Source: a virus
Direction: 5' to 3' (one strand)
IMG/VR virus record: IMGVR_UViG_3300013104_000192
Span: 1-5,989 of that record
Length of the DNA: 5,989 nt
The notes beneath the pieces were generated by a model. It made no database searches, was not told the DNA's origin, and saw nothing but the letters and a program-made list of their open reading frames with translations. Below are positions 1 through 5,532 of this stretch, piece after piece. How positions within the stretch are numbered: position 1 is the first letter of the stretch; each line of letters opens with the position of its first letter. The position numbers and the translations under genes are program-made.

Positions 1-123
1 CTGGTAGTAACTTGCCAGGATCAAAGTCCTGGTTCACACCTGGTAGTAACTTGCCAGGATCAAAGTCCTGGTTCACACCTGGTAGTAACTTGCCAGGATC
101 AAAGTCCTGGTTCACACCTGGTA
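1..123. repeat. Perfect 39-bp tandem repeat, 3 full units (1-39, 40-78, 79-117) plus a 6-nt partial unit (118-123)
   Basis: Unit is CTGGTAGTAACTTGCCAGGATCAAAGTCCTGGTTCACAC, repeated without mismatch. It contains the inverted repeat CCAGGA-N6-TCCTGG and three CCWGG motifs per unit. Confidence 0.97.
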
Positions 124-185
124 ATCAAATAATATCTGCGAGCGTAGCTCGGTTCTTACCGTGTTATGCCCCAGGGAGCTTGTAA

Positions 186-1292
186 TCAGAGAGAAAAGGT
201 TGAGGGTTTTTCTTGTGTCTGTTCACTCGTAGACACTCGTTCTGTTAATGCAGGTTGTGCAATTTGTTGTTGATCAACAATAGGTGCAGGCTCAGACGTC
301 TTGCCCTGGGCAAAATAGTTAAATGGTCGGTCATTTTGTTCTATTAGCTTCTTGCAGTCAGATTGCGCCACATCGTGCAGAATGGTGCCTTGTTGCGTAT
401 ATGCTACATAGCGACCACCCTTTTTAATACAACCACTAAAAACAGGCTTAGAAGTGACTGTGTACTCAATTTGAGACTGGTCTACGTCAAAGGGTTTATT
501 AGGATTGTACTTAATTGCAATTGTCTCCATCCGGACATCGTTTTTTTCTTGTAGATCTGCATTTCTTTTTCCTGGATTCTCCAGGTCTTTACGTTGTTCC
601 GGAGTCAATCCGGATGCATCAATTTGTTTAGGTTTTTTATCCTGGGTAAATGCAGAAGGGTTAATCATCTTTTGAGTGCCTGGCTTAAAAAACATATAGC
701 CTGCATAAGTAGCTAGTGCCAGGATTCCGAAAATTACATAACCAAGTTTTTTAGGTAGCTTCATCTTGACATGATGAGCAGTAGCCGACTTGTAGTAACT
801 AAATAAATCTTTAGGATATTTAAATAAAAACTCGTTCTCTGCTAGCTCTCGAGACGATAACGATTGAGGCTGCTTTCTTACAGATCTCCAGTAATAAACA
901 CTTGCCAATTTAGCCCCGTAAGGACGATGTAAATGATAGTGTTCTCCAACAAGATCAAGGACAAATGCATTTAAAAAACGTGGGCTTTGTGTGATGAACC
1001 AAATATCATGGCCAGTATGTCGGTGCACTTGTAATTTCTGTACTACATCGTCTTTGTTTGCTGATGTTCCAGATCTGAAGCGCTCATGTTGTTGGGCTTC
1101 GTCATAGATAACGATTGAATTGTCTGGAGTGGTTCGCCAATCTTCAGGTGACTTTTCAACACCATCAATCTGCAAGCCATCGATGTCGGCAAAAATTTGA
1201 CGTTCAGGAAATTGTTTTTGTAGTTCTAAAATCTTTGAAACAACAAATAGGCTTTTCCCCGAGCCTGGTGTACCAGTAACCAAAATAATCAT
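186..1292 (-). CDS. Zot / pI-family phage assembly ATPase (inner-membrane morphogenesis protein)
   Basis: 368 aa. N-terminal Walker A at residues 6-14 (TGTPGSGKS, nt 1251-1277) and Walker B-like IVIYDEAQ. Single central TM helix (LGYVIFGILALATYAGYMFF, nt ~684-746) preceded by KMKLPKK, then a periplasmic C-terminal domain. SD GGAG lies 8 nt upstream of the ATG at 1292. It is the last gene of the structural module, as in Ff gene I and CTXphi zot. Confidence 0.9.
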   Translation of the reverse strand: MIILVTGTPGSGKSLFVVSKILELQKQFPERQIFADIDGLQIDGVEKSPEDWRTTPDNSIVIYDEAQQHERFRSGTSANKDDVVQKLQVHRHTGHDIWFITQSPRFLNAFVLDLVGEHYHLHRPYGAKLASVYYWRSVRKQPQSLSSRELAENEFLFKYPKDLFSYYKSATAHHVKMKLPKKLGYVIFGILALATYAGYMFFKPGTQKMINPSAFTQDKKPKQIDASGLTPEQRKDLENPGKRNADLQEKNDVRMETIAIKYNPNKPFDVDQSQIEYTVTSKPVFSGCIKKGGRYVAYTQQGTILHDVAQSDCKKLIEQNDRPFNYFAQGKTSEPAPIVDQQQIAQPALTERVSTSEQTQEKPSTFSL

Positions 1293-1357
1293 TTTATAAA
1301 CTCCGACAAGTTAATCGATGCCGTTATGTGCGTGCACGGCACGCCAAACGTCATCGA

Positions 1358-1642
1358 TCAACTTGATAGTTTCTGTATGCCCACCTGGGCAGATTTAATA
1401 ATTGCGTAAGTGCTCAAAGCACCTATAAGAATTCCGATAGCTTTATCACCGCCACACATACCCAGGAATGCCAAAGCAGTTGACGGGCCGAAGGTCATAT
1501 TTGAAGTTGCACGGGAGATATACATAGCGATAAATCCCTGGACAACACTTGTTGTAAAAAGACCGATTCCCGCACCAAGGAGAACGCGCTTCAGTGCAGA
1601 ACCAAGCAGCAAAGTTAATGCTGTATAAAGTATTTTTCCCAT
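1358..1642 (-). CDS. pVI-like minor coat / virion-cap membrane protein
   Basis: 94 aa, very hydrophobic with about 3 predicted helices and Gly/Ala-rich. Its ATG overlaps the stop of the upstream pIII-like gene by 1 nt (TAATG at 1640-1644), implying translational coupling. The position between pIII-like and pI matches the inovirus pVI slot. Assignment is by position and composition only. Confidence 0.6.
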   Translation of the reverse strand: MGKILYTALTLLLGSALKRVLLGAGIGLFTTSVVQGFIAMYISRATSNMTFGPSTALAFLGMCGGDKAIGILIGALSTYAIIKSAQVGIQKLSS

Positions 1643-2982
1643 TACTCACTACTCCCCCTTGACAAGCCCATAACGATATAAGCCCCAATTAAATAGGAGG
1701 ATCCAATGACAAAAGGTCGAATCATTGTCATGAAGTTACAAAGGGGTTCATAAGAGAAACTAGCACTTTGAGAGACACCCATAAAAGTGAGTTCAATTGG
1801 CTGTGGTTGTGGGCAAGTTTGAGTGAAAGTTACACGACTGCCATCGTCAAAACTTAGTGATAGATCTTTAATTTCTGGTTTTGTATCAGATGTATCTGTA
1901 GGCGAATCAGTCATCCATTTGTTGGCAGTTTCCCAATATCCCGCAACAGTTGCAGGGAAATTAATTGCAGCTTGTGCAGCTTGGCAGACAGTTGGTGCCC
2001 AGCCACAAAACTCAGGAAAATTTAGAGTTAAATCAGAAGGTTTTGGCGTTGTTGGTTCGCCTGTTGTTGGATCGATTGTAGTAGGAGGAGCTACAGAGCC
2101 AGTTGCAGCACCATTAGTAGGAATGGCTTGAGACTGGTTTAATTGTTGAGTTACAGCAGATGCAGGAACAATTTGTTTTTGCTCATCTTCAAGTGCTGTA
2201 TCAGCAACAGATGAAACATAAGCTTTTCCATCTGCTTTTTCTGCAGCAGCATCACTAATGATTTGAGAAGCTACAGAGTCATACGGTAAATATCTTTCTT
2301 CTCTATTTGGTTGAGCGTTGGGATTGTATGCAGGATTGTTTACACGAGAAACACCCGTATTACCATCATAAGAAGTTGTAGTACTTGATAGATAACAAAC
2401 AATTGATGTCGTTGAAGAAGATGAAAGGCTTACTTTGTCGTATTTCCAGGGGGTTTTACCAGACCATAAAGACAATACTGATTGGCAAATTGATGAAGGA
2501 ACACCAGGATAGCGAAAAGAAGATACACCCGTAGCAGAGCTTTCATATTTCCACATGTATAAATCAGTTGGCTGAGGTGTATTAGTAGTAGGATCTACAT
2601 AATATTTAACCTGATTATTTGCAGGATCCATTACATAATCAACTGCACCAATCAGAGCTTTAATCGCAAGATCGACAGCTAAAACAGCACCAGTTCTTAC
2701 AATCATTTTTGAAACTTGACCAGCCGCAGGCGTAATCGCAGCAGTACCTTTAGACGCATAATTTTTGCCGTTTATAACAACATTTTTAGCACCGTCATAA
2801 AACGTTGTAGCACCTTGTACCAAGCGTTTACTAACTGACCAACCTTCAGCAGCGACAGTTGTTGCATTGGCTGCTTGATAGAAAATGAAGTTAGGCGCAA
2901 TGGCTATAATGAAGATCTGTAGCCAGGTAATTAATTTAAAATTATTAAAATGCAAATTACGAAAACTAGAACGATTAACCAT
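1642..2982 (-). CDS. pIII-like adsorption / minor coat protein (secreted, C-terminally anchored)
   Basis: Start set at ATG 2982 (MVNRSSF...), not the TTG at 3015 used by the ORF track. GAGGGG lies 10 nt upstream. Signal-peptide-like N-terminus ends in AANA|TT. Ser/Thr-rich segment (SLSSSSTTSIV..SSTTTS) and Thr/Pro-rich linker (PPTTIDPTTGEPTTPKPSD). C-terminal hydrophobic anchor (FVIGSSYLIGAYIVMGL) followed by SRGSSE. It is the largest structural ORF and sits directly after the major coat gene. Confidence 0.6.
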   Translation of the reverse strand: MVNRSSFRNLHFNNFKLITWLQIFIIAIAPNFIFYQAANATTVAAEGWSVSKRLVQGATTFYDGAKNVVINGKNYASKGTAAITPAAGQVSKMIVRTGAVLAVDLAIKALIGAVDYVMDPANNQVKYYVDPTTNTPQPTDLYMWKYESSATGVSSFRYPGVPSSICQSVLSLWSGKTPWKYDKVSLSSSSTTSIVCYLSSTTTSYDGNTGVSRVNNPAYNPNAQPNREERYLPYDSVASQIISDAAAEKADGKAYVSSVADTALEDEQKQIVPASAVTQQLNQSQAIPTNGAATGSVAPPTTIDPTTGEPTTPKPSDLTLNFPEFCGWAPTVCQAAQAAINFPATVAGYWETANKWMTDSPTDTSDTKPEIKDLSLSFDDGSRVTFTQTCPQPQPIELTFMGVSQSASFSYEPLCNFMTMIRPFVIGSSYLIGAYIVMGLSRGSSE

Positions 2983-2998
2983 GACATACAAACCCCTC

Positions 2999-3025
2999 AA
3001 TAAAAGATGGGGCAACTAGTGCCCC
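2999..3025 (-). terminator. Intrinsic-terminator-like hairpin downstream of the major coat gene
   Basis: Minus strand reads GGGGCA-CTAGT-TGCCCC (stem 3009-3014 / 3020-3025) followed by ATCTTTTATT. It lies between the coat stop (3043) and the pIII-like start (2982), analogous to the terminator after gene VIII in Ff phages. Confidence 0.55.
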
Positions 3026-3042
3026 GATTACAACTTGTTTTA

Positions 3043-3276
3043 TTACAAAGCTCGGCGAATGATTTTCCACCCTTTAATCGCAACCAAGACAAGCAAGAAT
3101 GCAGCACCTACAAGACCAATTGGAGTAATTAAATCGTTAATTTCAGAAGTTACGGCAGTAACGTCAATTGCAGCGTTTGCAGCATTAGTAAGTACTAATG
3201 CAGAAGCACCAGTAACAACGGCAAGCGGTAAACGTTTAGATTGTGGTTGAGTTTGAACAGTTTTAAGTTCGCTCAT
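3043..3276 (-). CDS. Major coat protein (pVIII-like) precursor
   Basis: 77 aa. Signal peptide ends in AANA|AIDV. The predicted 42-aa mature peptide has an acidic N-terminus (D3, E10, D13), a hydrophobic core (ITPIGLVGAAFLLVLVAI) and a basic C-terminus (KGWKIIRRAL), which is the classic inovirus capsid layout. SD AGGGGA lies ~7 nt upstream of the ATG. Confidence 0.8.
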   Translation of the reverse strand: MSELKTVQTQPQSKRLPLAVVTGASALVLTNAANAAIDVTAVTSEINDLITPIGLVGAAFLLVLVAIKGWKIIRRAL

Positions 3277-3288
3277 GGTTTTTCCCCT

Positions 3289-3465
3289 TTATTTGAGCAT
3301 TCGACCAATTTTTTTAAAGCCCCAGGCAATAACAATACAAATCGCTATAGCTGTAGCTATATCACCCGCTTGGTCGTACGTGATTTCGGGTAATCCTAGA
3401 AAACCAACTTGAACCCATGTAAGGCACTGGTTTGTAGCCTGGTCAATTTGGGCACATTGGTACAT
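3289..3465 (-). CDS. Small coat-like membrane protein (candidate pVII/pIX-type minor virion protein), 58 aa
   Basis: Translated by hand because it falls below the ORF-track length cut-off: MYQCAQIDQATNQCLTWVQVGFLGLPEITYDQAGDIATAIAICIVIAWGFKKIGRMLK. The C-terminal half has the acidic / TM / basic coat-like layout. An in-frame TAA sits immediately upstream of the ATG. Its stop TAA overlaps the SD of the major coat gene. No clear SD of its own. Confidence 0.45.
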   Translation of the reverse strand: MYQCAQIDQATNQCLTWVQVGFLGLPEITYDQAGDIATAIAICIVIAWGFKKIGRMLK

Positions 3466-3477
3466 TTTTTATGATCC

Positions 3478-3505
3478 AAAAAAAACGTAAATCCGAAGAT
3501 TTACG
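3478..3505 (-). terminator. Intrinsic terminator after the ssDNA-binding gene
   Basis: Minus strand reads CGTAAATC-TTCG-GATTTACG (stems 3498-3505 / 3486-3493) followed by a run of 8 T (3478-3485). The hairpin overlaps the TAA stop at 3501-3503. Confidence 0.65.
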
Positions 3506-3737
3506 CTAAGTCCGCAGACGAAAATACAAGGCTTCGATTGCGCTGATGTAATGTTAATTGAGAGATAGTTTCACCAGTTTGAGCAAGGGCTTCTAAGGTA
3601 GCTGCATCTTGTGGTTTGTCAGGATTAATGTATTTGCGAACAGGCTCCATAACCTCTACGAAATAAAAAGCCCCGCCATCAGTTTTTTTAGTTCCTTTTT
3701 GAACTTGTGCGTTCTCAATGATTGTTTTTACAGACAT
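3501..3737 (-). CDS. Putative ssDNA-binding protein (gene V-like)
   Basis: 78 aa, located between rep and the coat genes (the gene V slot), in the same size class as known inovirus ssDNA-binding proteins. The N-terminus (VKTIIENAQVQKGTKKTDGGAFYFVEV) resembles the strand / basic loop / aromatic strand layout of gene V proteins as I recall them; this is unverified. Strong SD AGGTGG lies 8 nt upstream of the ATG. Confidence 0.5.
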   Translation of the reverse strand: MSVKTIIENAQVQKGTKKTDGGAFYFVEVMEPVRKYINPDKPQDAATLEALAQTGETISQLTLHQRNRSLVFSSADLA

Positions 3738-3784
3738 TTTTTTCCACCTTGTATTTATACGGTTAATAAATCAGTACAATTAGT

Positions 3785-3832
3785 ATGTTGTCATGTTGTC
3801 ATGTTGTCAATACAGCAAGTAATCATGTTGTT
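3785..3832. repeat. 8-bp iteron array: ATGTTGTC x3 in perfect tandem (3785-3808) plus a degenerate copy ATGTTGTT (3825-3832)
   Basis: Read directly from the sequence. It lies in the divergent intergenic region between the plus-strand ORF (3873) and the minus-strand ssDNA-binding gene (3737). On the minus strand, a TTGACA -35-like hexamer (plus coordinates 3805-3810) is part of the array. A TATAAAT -10-like element lies at 3753-3759, but its spacing to any -35 is not convincing. Confidence 0.8.
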
Positions 3833-3872
3833 AAAATAAATTTTGTCAGGTGCATAAAGGTTTGAAAAATCG

Positions 3873-4061
3873 ATGATTTCCGCATATCTAAGGATTAACA
3901 AAAAAGAGGAAAAATCTCTCTTAGAGTTATCAGAACAAGTTAATAAGCAGAGACTAGATTTAAAAATGGGCGTACTAAAAGAAAGTGAAATACTTCATCG
4001 ACTTATCAATGAAGCATTCAAAAAGGCAAAAGCCGAAGATGGTGAAGTGAAAATTAAATAA
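3873..4061 (+). CDS. Hypothetical small ribbon-helix-helix-like DNA-binding protein (candidate repressor), the only plus-strand gene
   Basis: 62 aa. An N-terminal beta-strand-like ISAYLRI is followed by two predicted helices (KKEEKSLLELSEQVN and ESEILHRLINEAFKKAKA). The ORF exactly fills an otherwise non-coding 316-bp gap in a compact genome. Its 3' end overlaps the rep 3' end by 8 nt. The SD is weak (AAAGG, 12 nt upstream). No minus-strand ORF longer than 20 aa was found in the gap. Confidence 0.4.
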   Translation: MISAYLRINKKEEKSLLELSEQVNKQRLDLKMGVLKESEILHRLINEAFKKAKAEDGEVKIK

Positions 4062-5235
4062 TTCCGCGATAAGTCATGAAATCAATTTCATGACTTTCTA
4101 ATGTATCGATTTCTTTTTGTATCAATAGACTCAAGTTATATTCAGCAGATCCAGAGCCAAAACAGCCATTTTTATAATCCTCTTCAAGCCAGACCAAATA
4201 TTCATGTCTCTTCTGATACTTTTTAAGAATATCAAAAACAATCTTTTCAACTTCAGTAAGCAAAATGCTAGTTAACTCTGTTTCTTCAGCTAGTTCTTCA
4301 TCTGACTTTTCAGCAATATCTAAATCAGCCTTAGCACCACGTGACCAAACTAATTGACGCTGACCTTTAAAGGTCAAAGCAAACTCTTGAAATAATTTTG
4401 AAGATAATTTTCCATGTATTTCAATATCTTCAACAGAGAGCTGAAGTAAATCAAATGCGGTAAAAGAATCCCCACGACCTTTTTTAATATGTCCTTTCGT
4501 TAATTCGTTCTCGATTCCCCATTTTGAAACATACTTATCTGCATAAGTACCGTCCCTTAAATCCAGGCCGTGTTCATTAGGCATTGGTAAACCAGATTTA
4601 ACACAAGCAGCTTGCCATGCTCTTAGTAATTCACATGTAAAAATTGATTCAAGTTGAATTGATAAATCATTGTTTTCACAGAATAAAAGTATATGAAAAT
4701 GGGGATGCCAACCATTAGAACCAAAAGTTACTTCAAAAGAACGAACCATGTGAACACGACCCAAAAGAGCCAAAGTTTCACGACCTAAACGGCCCTCAAA
4801 AAATCTTTTTAAGGCAGCACGCTGAGCGTAAATCATGCCTTTCAAATATGTATCTGAAGAGTGCGGATTAGTAAGCGTTAATAGCCTAAGCACGCCACCT
4901 CTATTTTTCCATTCGGCACATGCTTTTTTTAATTCTTCTCTACGTTTTTCAGTAACTTGCTTTGCACAGACAGGACATGACCAAATAGAACCGCAACGCT
5001 GAACATTAGCCCAGTGAGCCTTTTGACGTTCTTCATTGAACATAACAGAGCGTTTCTTTTCTTTATCGATACGCTTCTTTAAACAGTTAGTTACTCTTTC
5101 AGTAGGTAATAATTTTGATGCTTGATCTTGAAGTATGTAATCGTGAAGTCTCTCAAAGCCTTTATTTTCAAGCTTGGCATGAGATTTCGTAAATATACCA
5201 AGGGCGGATTTTTTTTGACTTAATCCTAGATTCAT
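4054..5235 (-). CDS. HUH-superfamily rolling-circle replication initiator (pC194/pUB110 Rep_1-like, phiX174 A-like motif set)
   Basis: Motif I LLTLTNP. Motif II HUH in GWHPHFHILLF (HPHFH at nt 4693-4707). Motif III YVSKWGIENELTK (Tyr codon at nt 4531-4533). Cys/His cluster HWANVQRCGSIWSCPVC. Start set at ATG 5235 (393 aa), because the TTG at 5292 used by the ORF track lies in the loop of the upstream terminator hairpin. The SD is weak. Confidence 0.85.
   Translation of the reverse strand: MNLGLSQKKSALGIFTKSHAKLENKGFERLHDYILQDQASKLLPTERVTNCLKKRIDKEKKRSVMFNEERQKAHWANVQRCGSIWSCPVCAKQVTEKRREELKKACAEWKNRGGVLRLLTLTNPHSSDTYLKGMIYAQRAALKRFFEGRLGRETLALLGRVHMVRSFEVTFGSNGWHPHFHILLFCENNDLSIQLESIFTCELLRAWQAACVKSGLPMPNEHGLDLRDGTYADKYVSKWGIENELTKGHIKKGRGDSFTAFDLLQLSVEDIEIHGKLSSKLFQEFALTFKGQRQLVWSRGAKADLDIAEKSDEELAEETELTSILLTEVEKIVFDILKKYQKRHEYLVWLEEDYKNGCFGSGSAEYNLSLLIQKEIDTLESHEIDFMTYRGII
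4071..4096. other. Perfect 26-nt palindrome (11-bp stem, 4-nt loop)
   Basis: AAGTCATGAAA-TCAA-TTTCATGACTT. It starts 10 nt after the stop of the plus-strand ORF and lies inside the last codons of rep (..SHEIDFMTY..). Only 3 T follow it on the plus strand, so it would be a weak intrinsic terminator. Confidence 0.5.
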
Positions 5236-5274
5236 ATGATAATAGTCCCGTGTGTTACCAGTACACAAAGTTTC

Positions 5275-5304
5275 AAAAAGGACCGTCTGCAAACGGTCCT
5301 TTTT
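5275..5304. terminator. Bidirectional intrinsic terminator between the RHH regulator gene and rep
   Basis: AAAAAGGACCGT-CTGCAA-ACGGTCCTTTTT. Perfect 12-bp stem (5275-5286 / 5293-5304) with a 6-nt loop. The A-tract/T-tract flanks mean a U-run follows the stem on either strand. Confidence 0.7.
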
Positions 5305-5316
5305 CTTTCCCCAAAA

Positions 5317-5514
5317 TTAAATGTTGTCTTTTTGTCTTGTTGTCATATTAGCACCTTTAGATTTTAAAAATAAATCTTGCTGTGCGTACTGCTTCACATA
5401 TTGGCGCATAAATTTTCTCAATTCCTGTGAAGCTGTAGAATCTTGGGATTTACAGCAAGCTATGAAAGTGTCTTTTAATTCCTGATCAACACGAATTGGC
5501 AAATTAGATAACAT
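5317..5514 (-). CDS. Ribbon-helix-helix transcriptional regulator, RelB/DinJ-like
   Basis: 65 aa. NLPIRVDQELKDTFIACCKSQDSTASQELRKFMRQYVKQ fits the RHH pattern (beta strand, helix A, helix B) and resembles the RelB/DinJ consensus (I-R-V/I-D-x-x-L-K ... S-x-x-x-x-x-F-L/M-R-Q-x-V) as I recall it. SD AGGAG lies 8 nt upstream of the ATG. It is the first gene of the rep operon. Confidence 0.65.
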   Translation of the reverse strand: MLSNLPIRVDQELKDTFIACCKSQDSTASQELRKFMRQYVKQYAQQDLFLKSKGANMTTRQKDNI

Positions 5515-5532
5515 GGCTATAACTCCTATTTT

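Noticed and set aside
1-123. The 39-bp repeats as a CRISPR array
   Set aside because: The units are directly adjacent with no spacers and there are no cas genes. This is a simple tandem repeat.
139-151. Small hairpin CGAGC-GTA-GCTCG downstream of zot as a terminator
   Set aside because: It has only a 5-bp stem with a 3-nt loop and no adjacent T-run on the minus strand, which is too weak to call.
363-554. 63-aa plus-strand ORF from the ORF track
   Set aside because: It lies entirely antisense within the well-supported zot/pI gene, has no SD and has low-complexity composition. It is most likely a shadow ORF.
186-1292. Reading the Zot-family gene as an enterotoxin or virulence factor
   Set aside because: The Zot fold is the generic inovirus pI assembly ATPase. 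Nothing in the sequence supports toxin activity, and the C-terminal domain shows no feature I can link to the Vibrio cholerae Zot active fragment.
1410-1688. Track ORFs 1410..1628 (+) and 1446..1688 (-), both overlapping the pVI-like gene
   Set aside because: Both are antisense or alternate-frame shadows of the pVI-like and pIII-like genes. The pVI-like frame is supported by its TAATG coupling and hydrophobic profile.
1823-2131. 102-aa plus-strand ORF
   Set aside because: It is antisense to the pIII-like gene. Its Gly/Val/Ala-rich translation is the mirror of the Thr/Pro/Ala-rich sense frame. No start context supports it.
2983-3015. TTG start at 3015 for the pIII-like gene, as implied by the ORF track
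   Set aside because: The TTG lies inside the terminator-like hairpin after the coat gene and has no SD. The ATG at 2982 has GAGGGG upstream and begins a proper signal peptide.
3035-3250. 71-aa plus-strand ORF
   Set aside because: It is antisense to the major coat gene, whose signal peptide and acidic/hydrophobic/basic layout clearly identify the real frame.
3537-3562. dif/XerCD-like site (TGCGC...TAATGTTAATT resembles dif arms)
   Set aside because: When aligned to the 11-6-11 dif architecture as I recall it, the sequence is about 5 nt too short between the arms. It also lies inside the ssDNA-binding coding region, so it is probably a chance partial match.
3609-3839. 76-aa plus-strand ORF
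   Set aside because: It overlaps the ssDNA-binding gene in antisense and runs through the iteron and promoter region. It has no SD and an implausible Phe/Cys/Asn-rich composition.
5236-5292. TTG start at 5292 for rep, as implied by the ORF track
   Set aside because: The codon sits in the loop of the 12-bp terminator stem. The first ATG (5235) is the more plausible start, although its SD is weak.
5317-5514. RelB/DinJ-like protein as part of a toxin-antitoxin addiction module
   Set aside because: No toxin-sized ORF lies adjacent on either side. The gene is followed by a terminator and then rep and is preceded by operator-like palindromes, so a plain transcriptional regulator is the simpler reading.
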